From: Candidatus Micrarchaeota archaeon
GTDB lineage: Archaea; Micrarchaeota; Micrarchaeia; Norongarragalinales; SBBD01
DNA length: 64,000 bases
Direction of reading: 5' to 3'
Assembly: GCA_018819225.1 (NCBI GenBank)
Contig: JAHJQN010000004.1
Coordinates: 96,001 to 160,000 of the forward strand
The notes below the pieces were generated by a model that did no database searches, was not told the origin of the DNA, and was given only the letters and a program-made list of their open reading frames with translations. Shown in pieces: positions 35,082 through 45,605 of the stretch (the stretch's first letter is position 1; every line of letters begins with the position of its first letter). Made by a program: the position numbers and the translations under genes.

Positions 35082-37736
35082 TTACCGTTTCCCTCGTGCT
35101 AAACGCGCCGTCCCACCGCCTGCTGCACCCAATTTCCTTAATAGATCTAACGCGTTCCGGCCACTCTTTTCATGCGCAGCGCACGTCACGACTCCGTGCT
35201 CATTATATAGGCACGCCGAGAATCCGGGAACCGCCGCAATTTGAAGCGCTACTTTCGTTAGCAGCGCAGAAGGTAACGAAACGCATTGTTCGATGTGAGT
35301 GCTTTGAATGTTTTTCGCTTGGGAAATCAAGCGGTCAGCCAAATGATCGGCAACGTGCCGGTGCACCCGATCCAATTCATTGCCGCGTTGTTTCCATTCA
35401 TCAAAAAAGCGTTTAGACACTTTAGGCAACTCCTCTTTCTGAACGGAAAACGCGGAGGATGCGACATCCAATAACTCTTCATGGGTTTGCACGAGTTCCA
35501 ACGCCTTCAGGCCCGCAACAAATCGAATGCGAATCACGCCATCCTGAACCTGCTCCACGGATTTGATCTTGAAAAAACCGATATCCCCCGTATTGTGAAC
35601 GTGCGTTCCCCCACAGCACTGCACATCAAAATCCTTCACGTCAATGACGCGAACCGTTTTCCCGATGGCTCCAGCCCCAGTGTATAAACGAAAACCGTAT
35701 TTTCGTTCCGCTTCGCCGCGTTCCAAATCATAATGCGTGACGGGAATGCGTTTCAAAATCGTTTCATTAACGAGCAATTCAATGGCGCGAACCTGTTCGC
35801 GCGAGGGTTTTTCATAGTGGGTGATATCCAAATGGGCTTCATGCGTGTCTTTTCGTGCGCCCGCCTGCCAGACGTGACTTCCCAAAATGCGCATGCAGGC
35901 TTGCAGAAGCAAATGCGTGGACGTATGATGACGCATGATGGTGCGGCGACGCGTTTCATTGACCGCTCCCTGCACGGACTTGCCTACGGCGAACGCATTT
36001 GGTTTATCCACGTAATGCAGGATAATGTCATCCACTTTTTCCACGCGGATAACCCGCGCATTTCCAAGCTCTCCGGTATCATAGACTTGTCCGCCGCCTT
36101 CCGGATAAAACGCGGTGGCTTCCAAAACAATCGCGTCCCCGAATATCGCAAGGACTTTGCTTTTGAAGACCATGGGATCGGATTCGTCATAATAGAGCAT
36201 CCGCGTTTTAGGCAGGGATTGAAAGCGCGGGTCCTCCATGAGACCGTGCCTCTTTTTCGACCCCTTATCCATGACGTGCTTTTCCGTTAGCTTATGATAA
36301 AAATCCGTAGGCACATGCATTACAGATCCGGATTGACGGGCCACCCGCTCGATGATTTCGGGCGTCAAGCCATGCGATTCGTATAAAAGCATCATACGCT
36401 CCGAAGAAATGGAACCCGCTTTAATGATATCCGTTGCGAGCTTCGTCGCTTTATGAGTGGTCTCGTCAAACTTGCGTTTTTCAACGTCCAGAATTTTTCG
36501 AGCCGTAACCAAATTTTCCGAGAGCTCGGGAAACACGTCGCGGTATTCGCGAGCTTGCTTCTCCATGATATCATACAACTCAAATTGAAATTCGTTGTTT
36601 TCAATGAACGAAAATGCGCGGCGGGCTAAAACGCGCAAATTATAGCCGCCTGCGCTATTGGATGGAAGCGCGCCATCCGATAAGGCAAACAACAACGCGC
36701 GTGAATGATCGGCTATGGCGTAAATATTTTGGAGCGGCAACACCGTCTTCTCAAGCTCCGTTAAAGAAACCCCCAAATCCTTCGCAATACGCTGCTTTTC
36801 TTCTTTAACGCTTTTGACTTCCTCGACATTGAGTTTAGCCGCCAGTTTGGAATATCGTCTAAACAAATCATCGTGTCCTGAAAGTCCGACTTGCTTTTTC
36901 ATGAAAGCTATTTCGCGGGGAAAAACCGAGTCATAAACGGATGGAGTGCCATTGTAAAACCAAAGCAACCGCTCGAACCCCCATCCGACATCAATGACCT
37001 TCAACGGAAGTTCCTCTTGTTTTCCGTTACTCCACCGATAATTCATGAACACGGAGTTCACCAACTCGAGGCCGCCGGAAAAGCTTTCCATGGACGGGCC
37101 ATACGCTGAAAAGTCGGGCATCGCCCACAAATCCTCAACGTAGGTAATTTCATTCTTAGGAATCTTGAGAACCTGCGTCAGTAAATTATAGTTATGTTGA
37201 ATGCACTCATCCATCCAATATCCGTCTTTTTTTCCTTTGGATTGGAATGCGTGCTGGCCGGCCATCGTAAAACAACTCAAGTGGCGACCGGTCACACCGA
37301 CATTGGCAATGTCCACAAATCGGAGGCATATTTGAGGAACCATCAAGGGATTTGCGGGATATTCGAATACCACCTTGCCGCGTTCCAAGCGCTGAAAATC
37401 AACGATGCTGGCAATCGTAAAATACAAGTCATCACGCCACCTGGAAATCACGGGATAACGGGGTATGACTTCATGCCCGGCTTTCTTCCAGAACGAGGCA
37501 AACTTCTTCCAGAATGCAGCGTAATCCAGTTGTTCGCCCTCCCGGCGCTTTCCTATAAATGAATAAGGGTTATGACTGGAATCCCCGCAATTGGACTCTT
37601 CAGAGGTACTCCAGAAAGCATGCCCGCACGTGCGGCACATTTTGCGCGAGAATTCGTTTTTCTTGAACAACTCCACGGAGTAATAGCGAGAAGAATCCTT
37701 CGCGAAAGCTTCGGAAAGCCCTAATTTAGTTGGCAT
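35082..37736 (-). CDS. alaS: Alanine--tRNA ligase, archaeal type
   Basis: CRTCG..FW, RWRDD.YFTIASI.DFQ, HTSTH, CCGGTH. Confidence 0.96.
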   Translation of the reverse strand: MPTKLGLSEAFAKDSSRYYSVELFKKNEFSRKMCRTCGHAFWSTSEESNCGDSSHNPYSFIGKRREGEQLDYAAFWKKFASFWKKAGHEVIPRYPVISRWRDDLYFTIASIVDFQRLERGKVVFEYPANPLMVPQICLRFVDIANVGVTGRHLSCFTMAGQHAFQSKGKKDGYWMDECIQHNYNLLTQVLKIPKNEITYVEDLWAMPDFSAYGPSMESFSGGLELVNSVFMNYRWSNGKQEELPLKVIDVGWGFERLLWFYNGTPSVYDSVFPREIAFMKKQVGLSGHDDLFRRYSKLAAKLNVEEVKSVKEEKQRIAKDLGVSLTELEKTVLPLQNIYAIADHSRALLFALSDGALPSNSAGGYNLRVLARRAFSFIENNEFQFELYDIMEKQAREYRDVFPELSENLVTARKILDVEKRKFDETTHKATKLATDIIKAGSISSERMMLLYESHGLTPEIIERVARQSGSVMHVPTDFYHKLTEKHVMDKGSKKRHGLMEDPRFQSLPKTRMLYYDESDPMVFKSKVLAIFGDAIVLEATAFYPEGGGQVYDTGELGNARVIRVEKVDDIILHYVDKPNAFAVGKSVQGAVNETRRRTIMRHHTSTHLLLQACMRILGSHVWQAGARKDTHEAHLDITHYEKPSREQVRAIELLVNETILKRIPVTHYDLERGEAERKYGFRLYTGAGAIGKTVRVIDVKDFDVQCCGGTHVHNTGDIGFFKIKSVEQVQDGVIRIRFVAGLKALELVQTHEELLDVASSAFSVQKEELPKVSKRFFDEWKQRGNELDRVHRHVADHLADRLISQAKNIQSTHIEQCVSLPSALLTKVALQIAAVPGFSACLYNEHGVVTCAAHEKSGRNALDLLRKLGAAGGGTARLARGKR

Positions 37737-37800
37737 AGGCCCATTAATCATCATGGGAATCCATTTAAGAGTTTGTGCTGAACTTCCTGTAGGTGAAAAT

Positions 37801-38505
37801 ATGCCTCAACAGAATCCTGAACGGGAAATAACCGGAAGAAGAGAGTACGAACCCGTTTACCGCGCATTGCATTCCGTCTATTTGGAGGAACAAAGATTGA
37901 GGAGAACCGTCCGCGATGATCCAAGGAAATCCATTTCAAGCATGTGGTCGGCAATTAATGCGGCATTCAAACCTCTTGAGAAAAGACATGGCAAAATCAT
38001 TCTGCCCATCCGCTCGCAACTATTTCATTTCGAAGAACGTCCACCTAATAACCAAGTTCTTTTTGATTATGAACAACCATTGCATGGCATTGAAAAAAAT
38101 GAGTCCATTGACCCGGAATACGGATTGCGCTTGGCGCGGGGTATTGCGGAAATCGGGGCGTGGATGGCCATGTCACGCATCCGAGCATCTTCCCCTAAAG
38201 TGGGAACTGCAAAAGGAATGAAAGGCAAACAAGTGGGGCAAATAAAGAAAATAACGCGAGAAGACCCGTTAAGCATCATTTCACAAATCCGGGATTTAGT
38301 GGAAAGAAGAAAGCACGGAAGCCGTTTTGATGCCATGGTTGCAATGGCCCGGCACCAAATCAATCAGCACGAAGGAAGATCGGGACCCGAAAGAATCCAT
38401 TCGGTAAGAATGAGCCCTTACGAGCCTACCTTCGCGTCCACGGGATATCGCAAAGTATTGGATTTCGTTCGTGAAATAAAAAAACCTGGAAAAAAGGATA
38501 GGTAA
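37801..38505 (+). CDS. Hypothetical basic protein
   Basis: AGGTGA SD; Arg/Lys-rich ORF. Confidence 0.6.
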   Translation: MPQQNPEREITGRREYEPVYRALHSVYLEEQRLRRTVRDDPRKSISSMWSAINAAFKPLEKRHGKIILPIRSQLFHFEERPPNNQVLFDYEQPLHGIEKNESIDPEYGLRLARGIAEIGAWMAMSRIRASSPKVGTAKGMKGKQVGQIKKITREDPLSIISQIRDLVERRKHGSRFDAMVAMARHQINQHEGRSGPERIHSVRMSPYEPTFASTGYRKVLDFVREIKKPGKKDR

Positions 38506-38515
38506 CGCTTACCGG

Positions 38516-39646
38516 CTATTTCAAAATGAAGTCCATGTCGCCACGTTTCTCGAATACGCGATTCAATTGAAGCGTGTTTCCGATCTGCAAAGCGAAGTCG
38601 GTTAAAGACGAATTGAATAATCGGTAGGTGCGATGCAGACCATAATGAACGTCCAATATGCGTCCGTGTTGTGCCCTCCAACACGACTCGTACTCCAGCG
38701 TCTCCTTTTCGTTGGAAAGAAAAGCCGTCGCTTCCTCCGCAAGGGCGCGTGCACATTTACTGCCAAAAATGACCCCGCCTCCGGTTGTCGCCTTGACTTG
38801 ACCGGCCGCATCCCCAACCAATAACCCATAGGCTTTCCCGAAGCGCTTCTGGGTTTGCTTGCGGTACCTCAACGGGATCGTGTAATGGAAATCGAACGTT
38901 TTCCTAGCCCCTTCTATTTGGTCGGCAATCGCCGGATGGGAAAAGACGGCTTTCCGAGCCTTATGAATTTGGGCCATGTCAGTTGTTGCGACGCCGACGC
39001 GAATGCGTTCCTCATTGACGGGTATGGTCCATGCAAAAAAATGCTTGTACGCGTCCGTATCCAACAGTACGTCGACCATTTCCCGATCCGGTACGTTAGC
39101 ATTTTCAAATTCGGCCTGATACGAGAGCACGAGATCGCTGGTTTTAAACGGAGGCAACTGCCATTTTTTAGCTGCAAGGGAACCGACGCCATCGGCTGCA
39201 ATCATTACCTTTGAAGAAAACGTGCCGTGGGTTGTAAGCGCTTTCATTGAACCATTGGAGGAGTAGTCGGTGACGCGATGGTTGAGTAACAAGTGCGCGC
39301 CCGATGAAACGGCTTGATCCGCGCAAAGCTCGTCGAATTGCTGCCGGTCCAGCACCACTCCTTTGACCGAAGAGGATTTGATCCGCATTTCTTTTTTTCG
39401 CGATAAAATTCGGGCACCCTTTACCTCGTTCAGCAGAATGCGCCGGTAGGGAACGCCGGTCTGGTCCATGCCTTCCTTTGAAAAGATGCCTCCACAGCGA
39501 TTAAACTTACCGGCTTTTGCATCCTCTTCCAAAAGAGTCACGTCCAAGCCCTTATCCGATACGTATTTAGCGGACAATGAACCGACGGCTGACGCGCCAA
39601 TAACCACTACGTTTTTATTCCTTGGATCCATAGTAAGCGTTTCCAT
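38516..39646 (-). CDS. Geranylgeranyl reductase-family FAD oxidoreductase
   Basis: VIGAS..G, CGG, LDRQQFD, IAADG, VGDAAGQVKATTGGG. Confidence 0.88.
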   Translation of the reverse strand: METLTMDPRNKNVVVIGASAVGSLSAKYVSDKGLDVTLLEEDAKAGKFNRCGGIFSKEGMDQTGVPYRRILLNEVKGARILSRKKEMRIKSSSVKGVVLDRQQFDELCADQAVSSGAHLLLNHRVTDYSSNGSMKALTTHGTFSSKVMIAADGVGSLAAKKWQLPPFKTSDLVLSYQAEFENANVPDREMVDVLLDTDAYKHFFAWTIPVNEERIRVGVATTDMAQIHKARKAVFSHPAIADQIEGARKTFDFHYTIPLRYRKQTQKRFGKAYGLLVGDAAGQVKATTGGGVIFGSKCARALAEEATAFLSNEKETLEYESCWRAQHGRILDVHYGLHRTYRLFNSSLTDFALQIGNTLQLNRVFEKRGDMDFILK

Positions 39647-39665
39647 TAAGAAGTGTTAAAACAAT

Positions 39666-39980
39666 ATGGTTGAACCCGTTCTCGTGATTCAAGGCATTAT
39701 AGGGGGAATCCTCTTCTTTCTTACGGGATACGTTTTGTCGCTCGTTTTCTTTAAAGAAGGAGAAATCGATAACGTGGAACGCGTCGTGTACAGTATTACA
39801 TTCAGTATTCTAATTCCCGCCATAGCGGTTTTTGTGCTTAACATTCTTTTGAGGATCCCCATTTTTACAACGGAAGGCGTGTATGCGGTATTCATCGTAT
39901 TGAGCGCTGGATCGATAGGATACTTGCATTCCAAGAATCGGAATCCCTTTACTATGCAGCGTAAATACGGAAAACGTTGA
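39666..39980 (+). CDS. DUF1616-like membrane protein
   Basis: GYVLS..FF...EID.VER..YS..FS. Confidence 0.6.
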   Translation: MVEPVLVIQGIIGGILFFLTGYVLSLVFFKEGEIDNVERVVYSITFSILIPAIAVFVLNILLRIPIFTTEGVYAVFIVLSAGSIGYLHSKNRNPFTMQRKYGKR

Positions 39981-40828
39981 TGACCATGCGGTTGGGATCC
40001 ATTCTCGTACTGTACTCTTTTCTTAACGTCCAGTTGTTTGCGCTCATTGTCGGAGTTCTATTTATAGTAAGTAATACTCAACCCATTAATAGCGACCCCT
40101 CTGCTGTAGAAAATTCATTTTCGTTCATGGCGTACATTATTGTGGCGGCCATAGCGATTCTAATTGTTCTGAAATACTACAAGGGAAAAATGTTGTTTTA
40201 TATCCTGGAATTAGCGCTCGTATTCATTACGAGTTGGACGTTCTTCTCATTATTTCTGAATGAATCGTATGGGTTGGGACTCGCGATCGTTGCCGTGATT
40301 GCGCGCCTCTTGTTTAAACAGCATCGAAACATTTTCCTTTTATTCTCCTCGTCCGTCATTGGAGCACTCCTTGGGATTTCGTTCGATATTCTCCCGGCGG
40401 CCGTGTTTGCGATACTGCTTTCCGTATACGATTATGCGGCCGTGTTCTTGACCAAACACATGATAACCCTTGCTGAAGGATTGCGATCCCGTGAAGCCTC
40501 TTTCAGCATCTCGTTCCCCAGTCACGCTCCATCGAAAAGCAAACAGCGTCTTTCCCAAACGCCGAAAAAAGGATATCGTGCCGTGAAAGTCGAGTCCATT
40601 GAATTGGGAACCGGTGATTTGGTGATTCCGGCCATGCTGATCGTGTCGGCCTTGAAGCTATCCCTTGTTCACGCGTTTATCACGCTTCTGGGGAGCGTGG
40701 CGGGCATCACGTTGCTCTTCTACTATATTGAAAAACGGAAGGGATACTGGCCGGCATTACCCCCCATCGTCGGCTTATCGCTCGCGTTCTTGCTCGTTTA
40801 CATGGGAGTCCTCTGGTTCATGGGATGA
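39977..40828 (+). CDS. Presenilin/SPP-family intramembrane aspartyl protease
   Basis: YD, LGTGD, PALP motifs. Confidence 0.9.
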   Translation: MMTMRLGSILVLYSFLNVQLFALIVGVLFIVSNTQPINSDPSAVENSFSFMAYIIVAAIAILIVLKYYKGKMLFYILELALVFITSWTFFSLFLNESYGLGLAIVAVIARLLFKQHRNIFLLFSSSVIGALLGISFDILPAAVFAILLSVYDYAAVFLTKHMITLAEGLRSREASFSISFPSHAPSKSKQRLSQTPKKGYRAVKVESIELGTGDLVIPAMLIVSALKLSLVHAFITLLGSVAGITLLFYYIEKRKGYWPALPPIVGLSLAFLLVYMGVLWFMG

Positions 40829-40846
40829 AGTGAAGGAAAAAAAGCG

Positions 40847-41659
40847 TCATCCCTTCAGGGCTTTTCGGAACGCGAACGGAATGGCATCCACCAAATCATC
40901 CGCGTTATACGCAATATCCATTTTTTTCTTAAGCAGGTCCCCCGCATAGCCGTTCAAATAACAGGCCGCTTTTGCCGCAAGAAACGCTTGATTATGGCAG
41001 AAAAAGGCCGCCGCCAAACCCGATAAGGAATCGCCGGTTCCACCTTTGGTCATGCCGACATTTCCCGTCACGTTTCGAAACAATTGTTTTCCGTCGGATA
41101 CCAAGTCGTAGGTTCCTTTCAAGACAATCGTGCAATCGTATTCGCGTGCTTTTTGAATCACATGAAGGGGTGAAGGAGGAACTCCAAATAATGAATAAAA
41201 CTCGTTGGTATTCGGCGTGAGGATCATATTGTTGCGGAGTTCCTGAAGCTTCACCATACGCAACGCCCCCGCATCCAACACCATGCGGGTTCGCGGATAG
41301 GATTTCAATAGGGCATGCAGACGGCTCCGGCATTCTCCCGTGGTCAATACCCCATTGCCGATCAGTACACATTCGCTTCGTTTTATCGCCTCCGGCAGCT
41401 TTCGTTCATCCACGGCAATAAACGCGCATAAACGGGGTTTTAAGAACCGGATCAATTCAGCATTATCCCGCTCGATGGAATGAAAGTACACCAAATCCAC
41501 GAATCGCGAGGCCGCTTTCATGGCAAGCAAGGGGGCTCCGTGATACGTCTTGGACCCTCCAATCACGGTCATCACGCCGTTCTGACCTTTGTGACTGTCC
41601 GCCTTATAGGTATGAAGCTCTTTCAATATGCTACGGGAAATCAGTTGCGAAGAGATCAT
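40847..41659 (-). CDS. nnrD: ADP-dependent NAD(P)HX dehydratase
   Basis: HKGQNG, GGSKTYHGAP, LDAGAL, TPN..EF, GGTGD. Confidence 0.9.
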   Translation of the reverse strand: MISSQLISRSILKELHTYKADSHKGQNGVMTVIGGSKTYHGAPLLAMKAASRFVDLVYFHSIERDNAELIRFLKPRLCAFIAVDERKLPEAIKRSECVLIGNGVLTTGECRSRLHALLKSYPRTRMVLDAGALRMVKLQELRNNMILTPNTNEFYSLFGVPPSPLHVIQKAREYDCTIVLKGTYDLVSDGKQLFRNVTGNVGMTKGGTGDSLSGLAAAFFCHNQAFLAAKAACYLNGYAGDLLKKKMDIAYNADDLVDAIPFAFRKALKG

Positions 41660-41699
41660 AACAACACGATTGAATGGTAGAGATAGTGTACGATACTAA

Positions 41700-42941
41700 T
41701 TAAAAGTCAAACGCAATAGGATCCGAAGAAAGAGTTTCAAGATCCTTTTTTAATTGTTGGATCAGCCGGTTTCGCGATTCCGCCGCAGCCTCTTGCTTCG
41801 ATTTCATCAAAGAATATTGTTTTTGAAGATGACCGCGTTCCCATTCTTGGGATCGTTGAACCGATTGTTCTCCTTCCAAATCAAGACGTCGGCGCTCGAG
41901 ATCGGCTAACTGCTTATCTATCTCTTGCGTGCGTCGGAACGGTTTATCCACACCGCCTTCCAAAATTCGGCGAATAACCTGCCGGGCTTTCGCGTTCTGT
42001 TTTTCGTCGGATTCAAGATCACCTTTCTTTAATGATTTTTCGATTTCCGTACACAATTTTAATAAATGAGGATGGCCAGGCGATTCCGCACTTAATGCGT
42101 CCCACGCATTTTCAGAATAATCACGCGCCGTGCGAGCCGTATCCTTTTCCAAACAAACGCGCCCAAATTTGCGGAATAATCGTTGCAACGACGTAATCAG
42201 GGAGAGCGCTTCGGATTTGGCGAGGGATCCAGACGATTGCACGTTAGAGATTTGGGAACGGATATCGCGCAATACCGGTTCAAGCCGTCTAACCTCGGCC
42301 GATGATTCAACGGGCATATTATCAATGGACTGCAATAATTCCGTTAACCGTTTTTCACTTTCCTGAATTTCGCGCTCGGATTCAGCCATTCGTTTCATGG
42401 AATCTTGAATGCGATCAATGCGCTGGATGCGCGGACGAAGGCCGTCCAACCACCTACCCAATGCATCGGTTTTCTTAACCAATTCTTTTAACACGAGACC
42501 CATATTCTCAAAGTCTTCTCGATACATGGCAATCAAGTACCGGTTATCGGATGCGATCTTGTTCAAGTTTTGAAGTTGTTCAAGAACCGACCGTTGAAAC
42601 GCATCCACGTCGTGATAATCCGTTCGAGGAGGCACCCGAATTTCTTGGGCCTGGGAAACCCGTTTCAAATAATTTGTTTTCATTTGTTTCGCGATGCGAT
42701 GGAATGCAATGTTATCGGATTCCAAGGGCTTTTGAAAAAGGGAGCCCATGATCTCTTGCAAGTGTTTGAAATCGGACTGAATGCCGTCCATGAGCCGCTG
42801 GGCGTCTGAAAGCGTGGGTTGAAGGGACTTTTCCTTTAGTTGGTTGACGAACGAGTCGACATCGGTCCAGGACAGATGAATGGGTTCACGCGGCGGTTCA
42901 GGTGCCTTCTGTTTACGAAATAAGCGATTGAAAAGACCCAT
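41700..42941 (-). CDS. Coiled-coil hypothetical protein
   Basis: MGLFNRLF start; long heptad-rich helices. Confidence 0.65.
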   Translation of the reverse strand: MGLFNRLFRKQKAPEPPREPIHLSWTDVDSFVNQLKEKSLQPTLSDAQRLMDGIQSDFKHLQEIMGSLFQKPLESDNIAFHRIAKQMKTNYLKRVSQAQEIRVPPRTDYHDVDAFQRSVLEQLQNLNKIASDNRYLIAMYREDFENMGLVLKELVKKTDALGRWLDGLRPRIQRIDRIQDSMKRMAESEREIQESEKRLTELLQSIDNMPVESSAEVRRLEPVLRDIRSQISNVQSSGSLAKSEALSLITSLQRLFRKFGRVCLEKDTARTARDYSENAWDALSAESPGHPHLLKLCTEIEKSLKKGDLESDEKQNAKARQVIRRILEGGVDKPFRRTQEIDKQLADLERRRLDLEGEQSVQRSQEWERGHLQKQYSLMKSKQEAAAESRNRLIQQLKKDLETLSSDPIAFDF

Positions 42942-43095
42942 GACTGTTTCCTATCGCGCGGAACGCTAATAAATCCGCGGTTTTACATTCAAATGAAAAC
43001 CCGTTCGAGAACGTTGGTTTATTATTCGCTCACTAAAACCCATGTTTTTTATTCCTTAGGTTCGTATGGATTTGCGCACGAGGTAGAATCATCCC

Positions 43096-44346
43096 ATGAA
43101 AAAACGTCCAAAACCATCCAAGAACATGCCCAAAGGAGACCGAAAGGTAGCTCATGAGACATCGCGTCTCCGTTTAACGAAAATGCACGGAATGGGCGTG
43201 GCATTGATCGTACTCGCATTTGCGGTATTGTTTGTATGGTTTAACGGATTCCCCGGGACCCAACCTGCCGTGACCCCGACACCGCCCGTGGTGACTCCTT
43301 CCGCCACGTTTCCAACCGTTCGACTCGTTAAAATCACCACGAATGATTGCACGGATTGCTTTGATGCGGAACTCATGACCGATGCCGTTAAGCGGACCGG
43401 AATGAAAATTTCAAGCGAAGAATCGGTGGATTACCGGTCATCGGAAGGGCAAACGCTGATCCAAACGCATGCCATTGAAGGCGTGCCGACTTTGCTCGTG
43501 TTCGTGAAAGCAGGGGATGCCGCCGTCGCGAAAGAAATCAGCAGCTTTATGGAAAACAAGGGAGGCGGCGTGTACGCTTTTGATCGCCTCATTCCCATCT
43601 ACTACGATACCCAGGCACAAAAAATAGTCGGGAGGATTACCGCGACATTCATTGACGACCCCCGTTGCCTGAAATGCGTGGCATTAAGTTTGGCGCCCAT
43701 CGAAACGGCTGGAATCAAAATTTACCGGAAGAACCGGGTGGATTACGATTCCCAACCGGGTCGGGAACTCATCGAAAAATTCAAGATCACTCGCGTACCC
43801 TCCCTCATCCTATCCTCGGATTATGAGGCGTACGAGAATTTGCGCATCGAATTATTGAAAATTGGAACCGAGGCAGAGGATGGAACGTATATCTTCCGCG
43901 ATTACAATCCGCCATTTCGAAATCTCGAAACCGATGAAATTGAAGGGTATGTAAGCTTCATTTACATCGATGATATGGATTGTCCGGGTTGCTATGAGCC
44001 GGAAACCCACCGGCGCGCGATGGAAAACCGGGGCGTGAATCCGGTGTCGGAATCCGTTTACGACGTCAACTCAATCATCGGGAAAGAATACATCGAAAAA
44101 TACGGTATTGACAAAATTCCAACGGCCATTATCTCGCCGGAGATTGGCACGTACCCATCCGTGGCCACCATACTCGAACAAATATTTTCGGAAGAAAAGG
44201 ATGGATGGTTCGTGTTTCGGAAGTTCGACGCGCTGCCTACCGCCAATTACCGCGATCTGGAAACAGGAGAAATCGTCATTCATAATGATACGATGAGTGA
44301 ACTCGTGATCCCGGTTGGACCCGACGGCGAGATCCTCATCGAGTAA
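43096..44346 (+). CDS. Membrane-anchored protein with three thioredoxin-like CxxC repeats
   Basis: CTDC, CLKC, CPGC, each followed by a G..LI.K..I..(V/I)P motif. Confidence 0.75.
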   Translation: MKKRPKPSKNMPKGDRKVAHETSRLRLTKMHGMGVALIVLAFAVLFVWFNGFPGTQPAVTPTPPVVTPSATFPTVRLVKITTNDCTDCFDAELMTDAVKRTGMKISSEESVDYRSSEGQTLIQTHAIEGVPTLLVFVKAGDAAVAKEISSFMENKGGGVYAFDRLIPIYYDTQAQKIVGRITATFIDDPRCLKCVALSLAPIETAGIKIYRKNRVDYDSQPGRELIEKFKITRVPSLILSSDYEAYENLRIELLKIGTEAEDGTYIFRDYNPPFRNLETDEIEGYVSFIYIDDMDCPGCYEPETHRRAMENRGVNPVSESVYDVNSIIGKEYIEKYGIDKIPTAIISPEIGTYPSVATILEQIFSEEKDGWFVFRKFDALPTANYRDLETGEIVIHNDTMSELVIPVGPDGEILIE

Positions 44347-44414
44347 ATAAACCAAATGTATTTATACGTGGAAAGCCGCGGAACGGTATAACGCATTCAA
44401 TTAGGGGAGTAAGC

Positions 44415-44777
44415 ATGAAAACCAAAAATATTATTTTATTCGGGGTCCTAGGCGTGGTGGGATTGATTCTCATTCTCGGCGTCATGGCATCATCACCCGG
44501 AAACGAACCGTATTTGGATGATTCGTCGCCCGTCATGTATTTCCATAGCGATTCCTGTCACTTTTGCGCGCAACAGAAACCGATTCTACGCGAGCTGGCC
44601 TCTGAAGGATATCGCGTCAAGCTCATGGACGTGGGCAGAAACCCCGCGTTATGGCAAGAATACGGTATCACGGGAACCCCCGCGTTTATTGCAGAGAACG
44701 GGGAACGCTTGTCGGGCCTGACTCAGAAGCAGGCGCTTCGAACGTTTCTGGCCAGTAACGGAGCCAAGATCGCGTAA
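44415..44777 (+). CDS. Membrane-anchored thioredoxin
   Basis: YFHSDSCHFC, YGITGTPAF. Confidence 0.85.
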   Translation: MKTKNIILFGVLGVVGLILILGVMASSPGNEPYLDDSSPVMYFHSDSCHFCAQQKPILRELASEGYRVKLMDVGRNPALWQEYGITGTPAFIAENGERLSGLTQKQALRTFLASNGAKIA

Positions 44778-44786
44778 CCCCGCGTA

Positions 44787-45536
44787 CTACGCAAGCATTA
44801 GAACGAGCGATACTAAAATCGGTTGGTGAATGAGATAACCCACGAGCGTACGCCGGCCGAACCATGCCAGTGATCGGGCGAGTACGTGGTTTCGAAGACT
44901 TCTTTGAGCTTTGGGCAGTTTGGAAAGTAGTATCGGAGCCGTGCTTATGCCCAGCAAGAAGGGAAGCGACCACGGAATCAGCGGAACGTAATCAAAAGAC
45001 TGAAAGCCCGCTGGAGGAAATCCAAACCATATTAGCCACGGGGACGCGTACGAAAGAGAGGGTAAGAGAGCAATAATCACGAGGACGATTAGGGCGGCGG
45101 CTCCTGCGCGTTTTGGATGTCGCGTTAATGGCCAGAATAATATAATGCATAGGGCTATGGCGTGGAGAATACCGAACCAGATCGTATTTTCAGGAAATAA
45201 ATTCATGGTCACTACCGTAATAAGTATGCCCGCACCAAGAATCTGGAAACCTCTTTTCATATGGTGTCCAAAGCGATGGCGCAATGAAAGTCTGGAATCG
45301 CTTAATACGAGAGAAATACCTGCAATGAATAGAAACGATCCCGCAATGCTGCGGGCCATCCAATACCAGAATCCGGTGTAGAGTTCAACGGGATACTCCT
45401 TAAAGAACACCAAATCGAATAATAGGTGATAGAGGACCATGCCTAAGAATATGATTCCTCGAATGGCATCCAATGCGATCCAGCGTTCTTTGGCCCTAAA
45501 TTGTCCGTATGCCATGCAGAGTTTAAAAAGATCCAA
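44787..45536 (-). CDS. DUF1624/HGSNAT-like membrane protein
   Basis: LDAIRG, YH..FD, FGILH, DYVPLIPW, YLIHQP. Confidence 0.85.
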   Translation of the reverse strand: MDLFKLCMAYGQFRAKERWIALDAIRGIIFLGMVLYHLLFDLVFFKEYPVELYTGFWYWMARSIAGSFLFIAGISLVLSDSRLSLRHRFGHHMKRGFQILGAGILITVVTMNLFPENTIWFGILHAIALCIILFWPLTRHPKRAGAAALIVLVIIALLPSLSYASPWLIWFGFPPAGFQSFDYVPLIPWSLPFLLGISTAPILLSKLPKAQRSLRNHVLARSLAWFGRRTLVGYLIHQPILVSLVLMLA

Positions 45537-45605
45537 CAGTTTATATAGGAGAATGACCTAATTAGATAGTACTGATCAGTGGTAATATTCAATGAGGAGG
45601 CTAAC

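Noticed and set aside
27879-37562. Numerous antisense or alternate-frame ORFs over the ATPase, EF-2 and AlaRS genes
   Set aside because: They overlap well-supported genes and show no motifs
38056-38074. GTTCTTT-N5-TATGAAC similar to the array motif
   Set aside because: Inside a CDS and 19 bp rather than 18 bp
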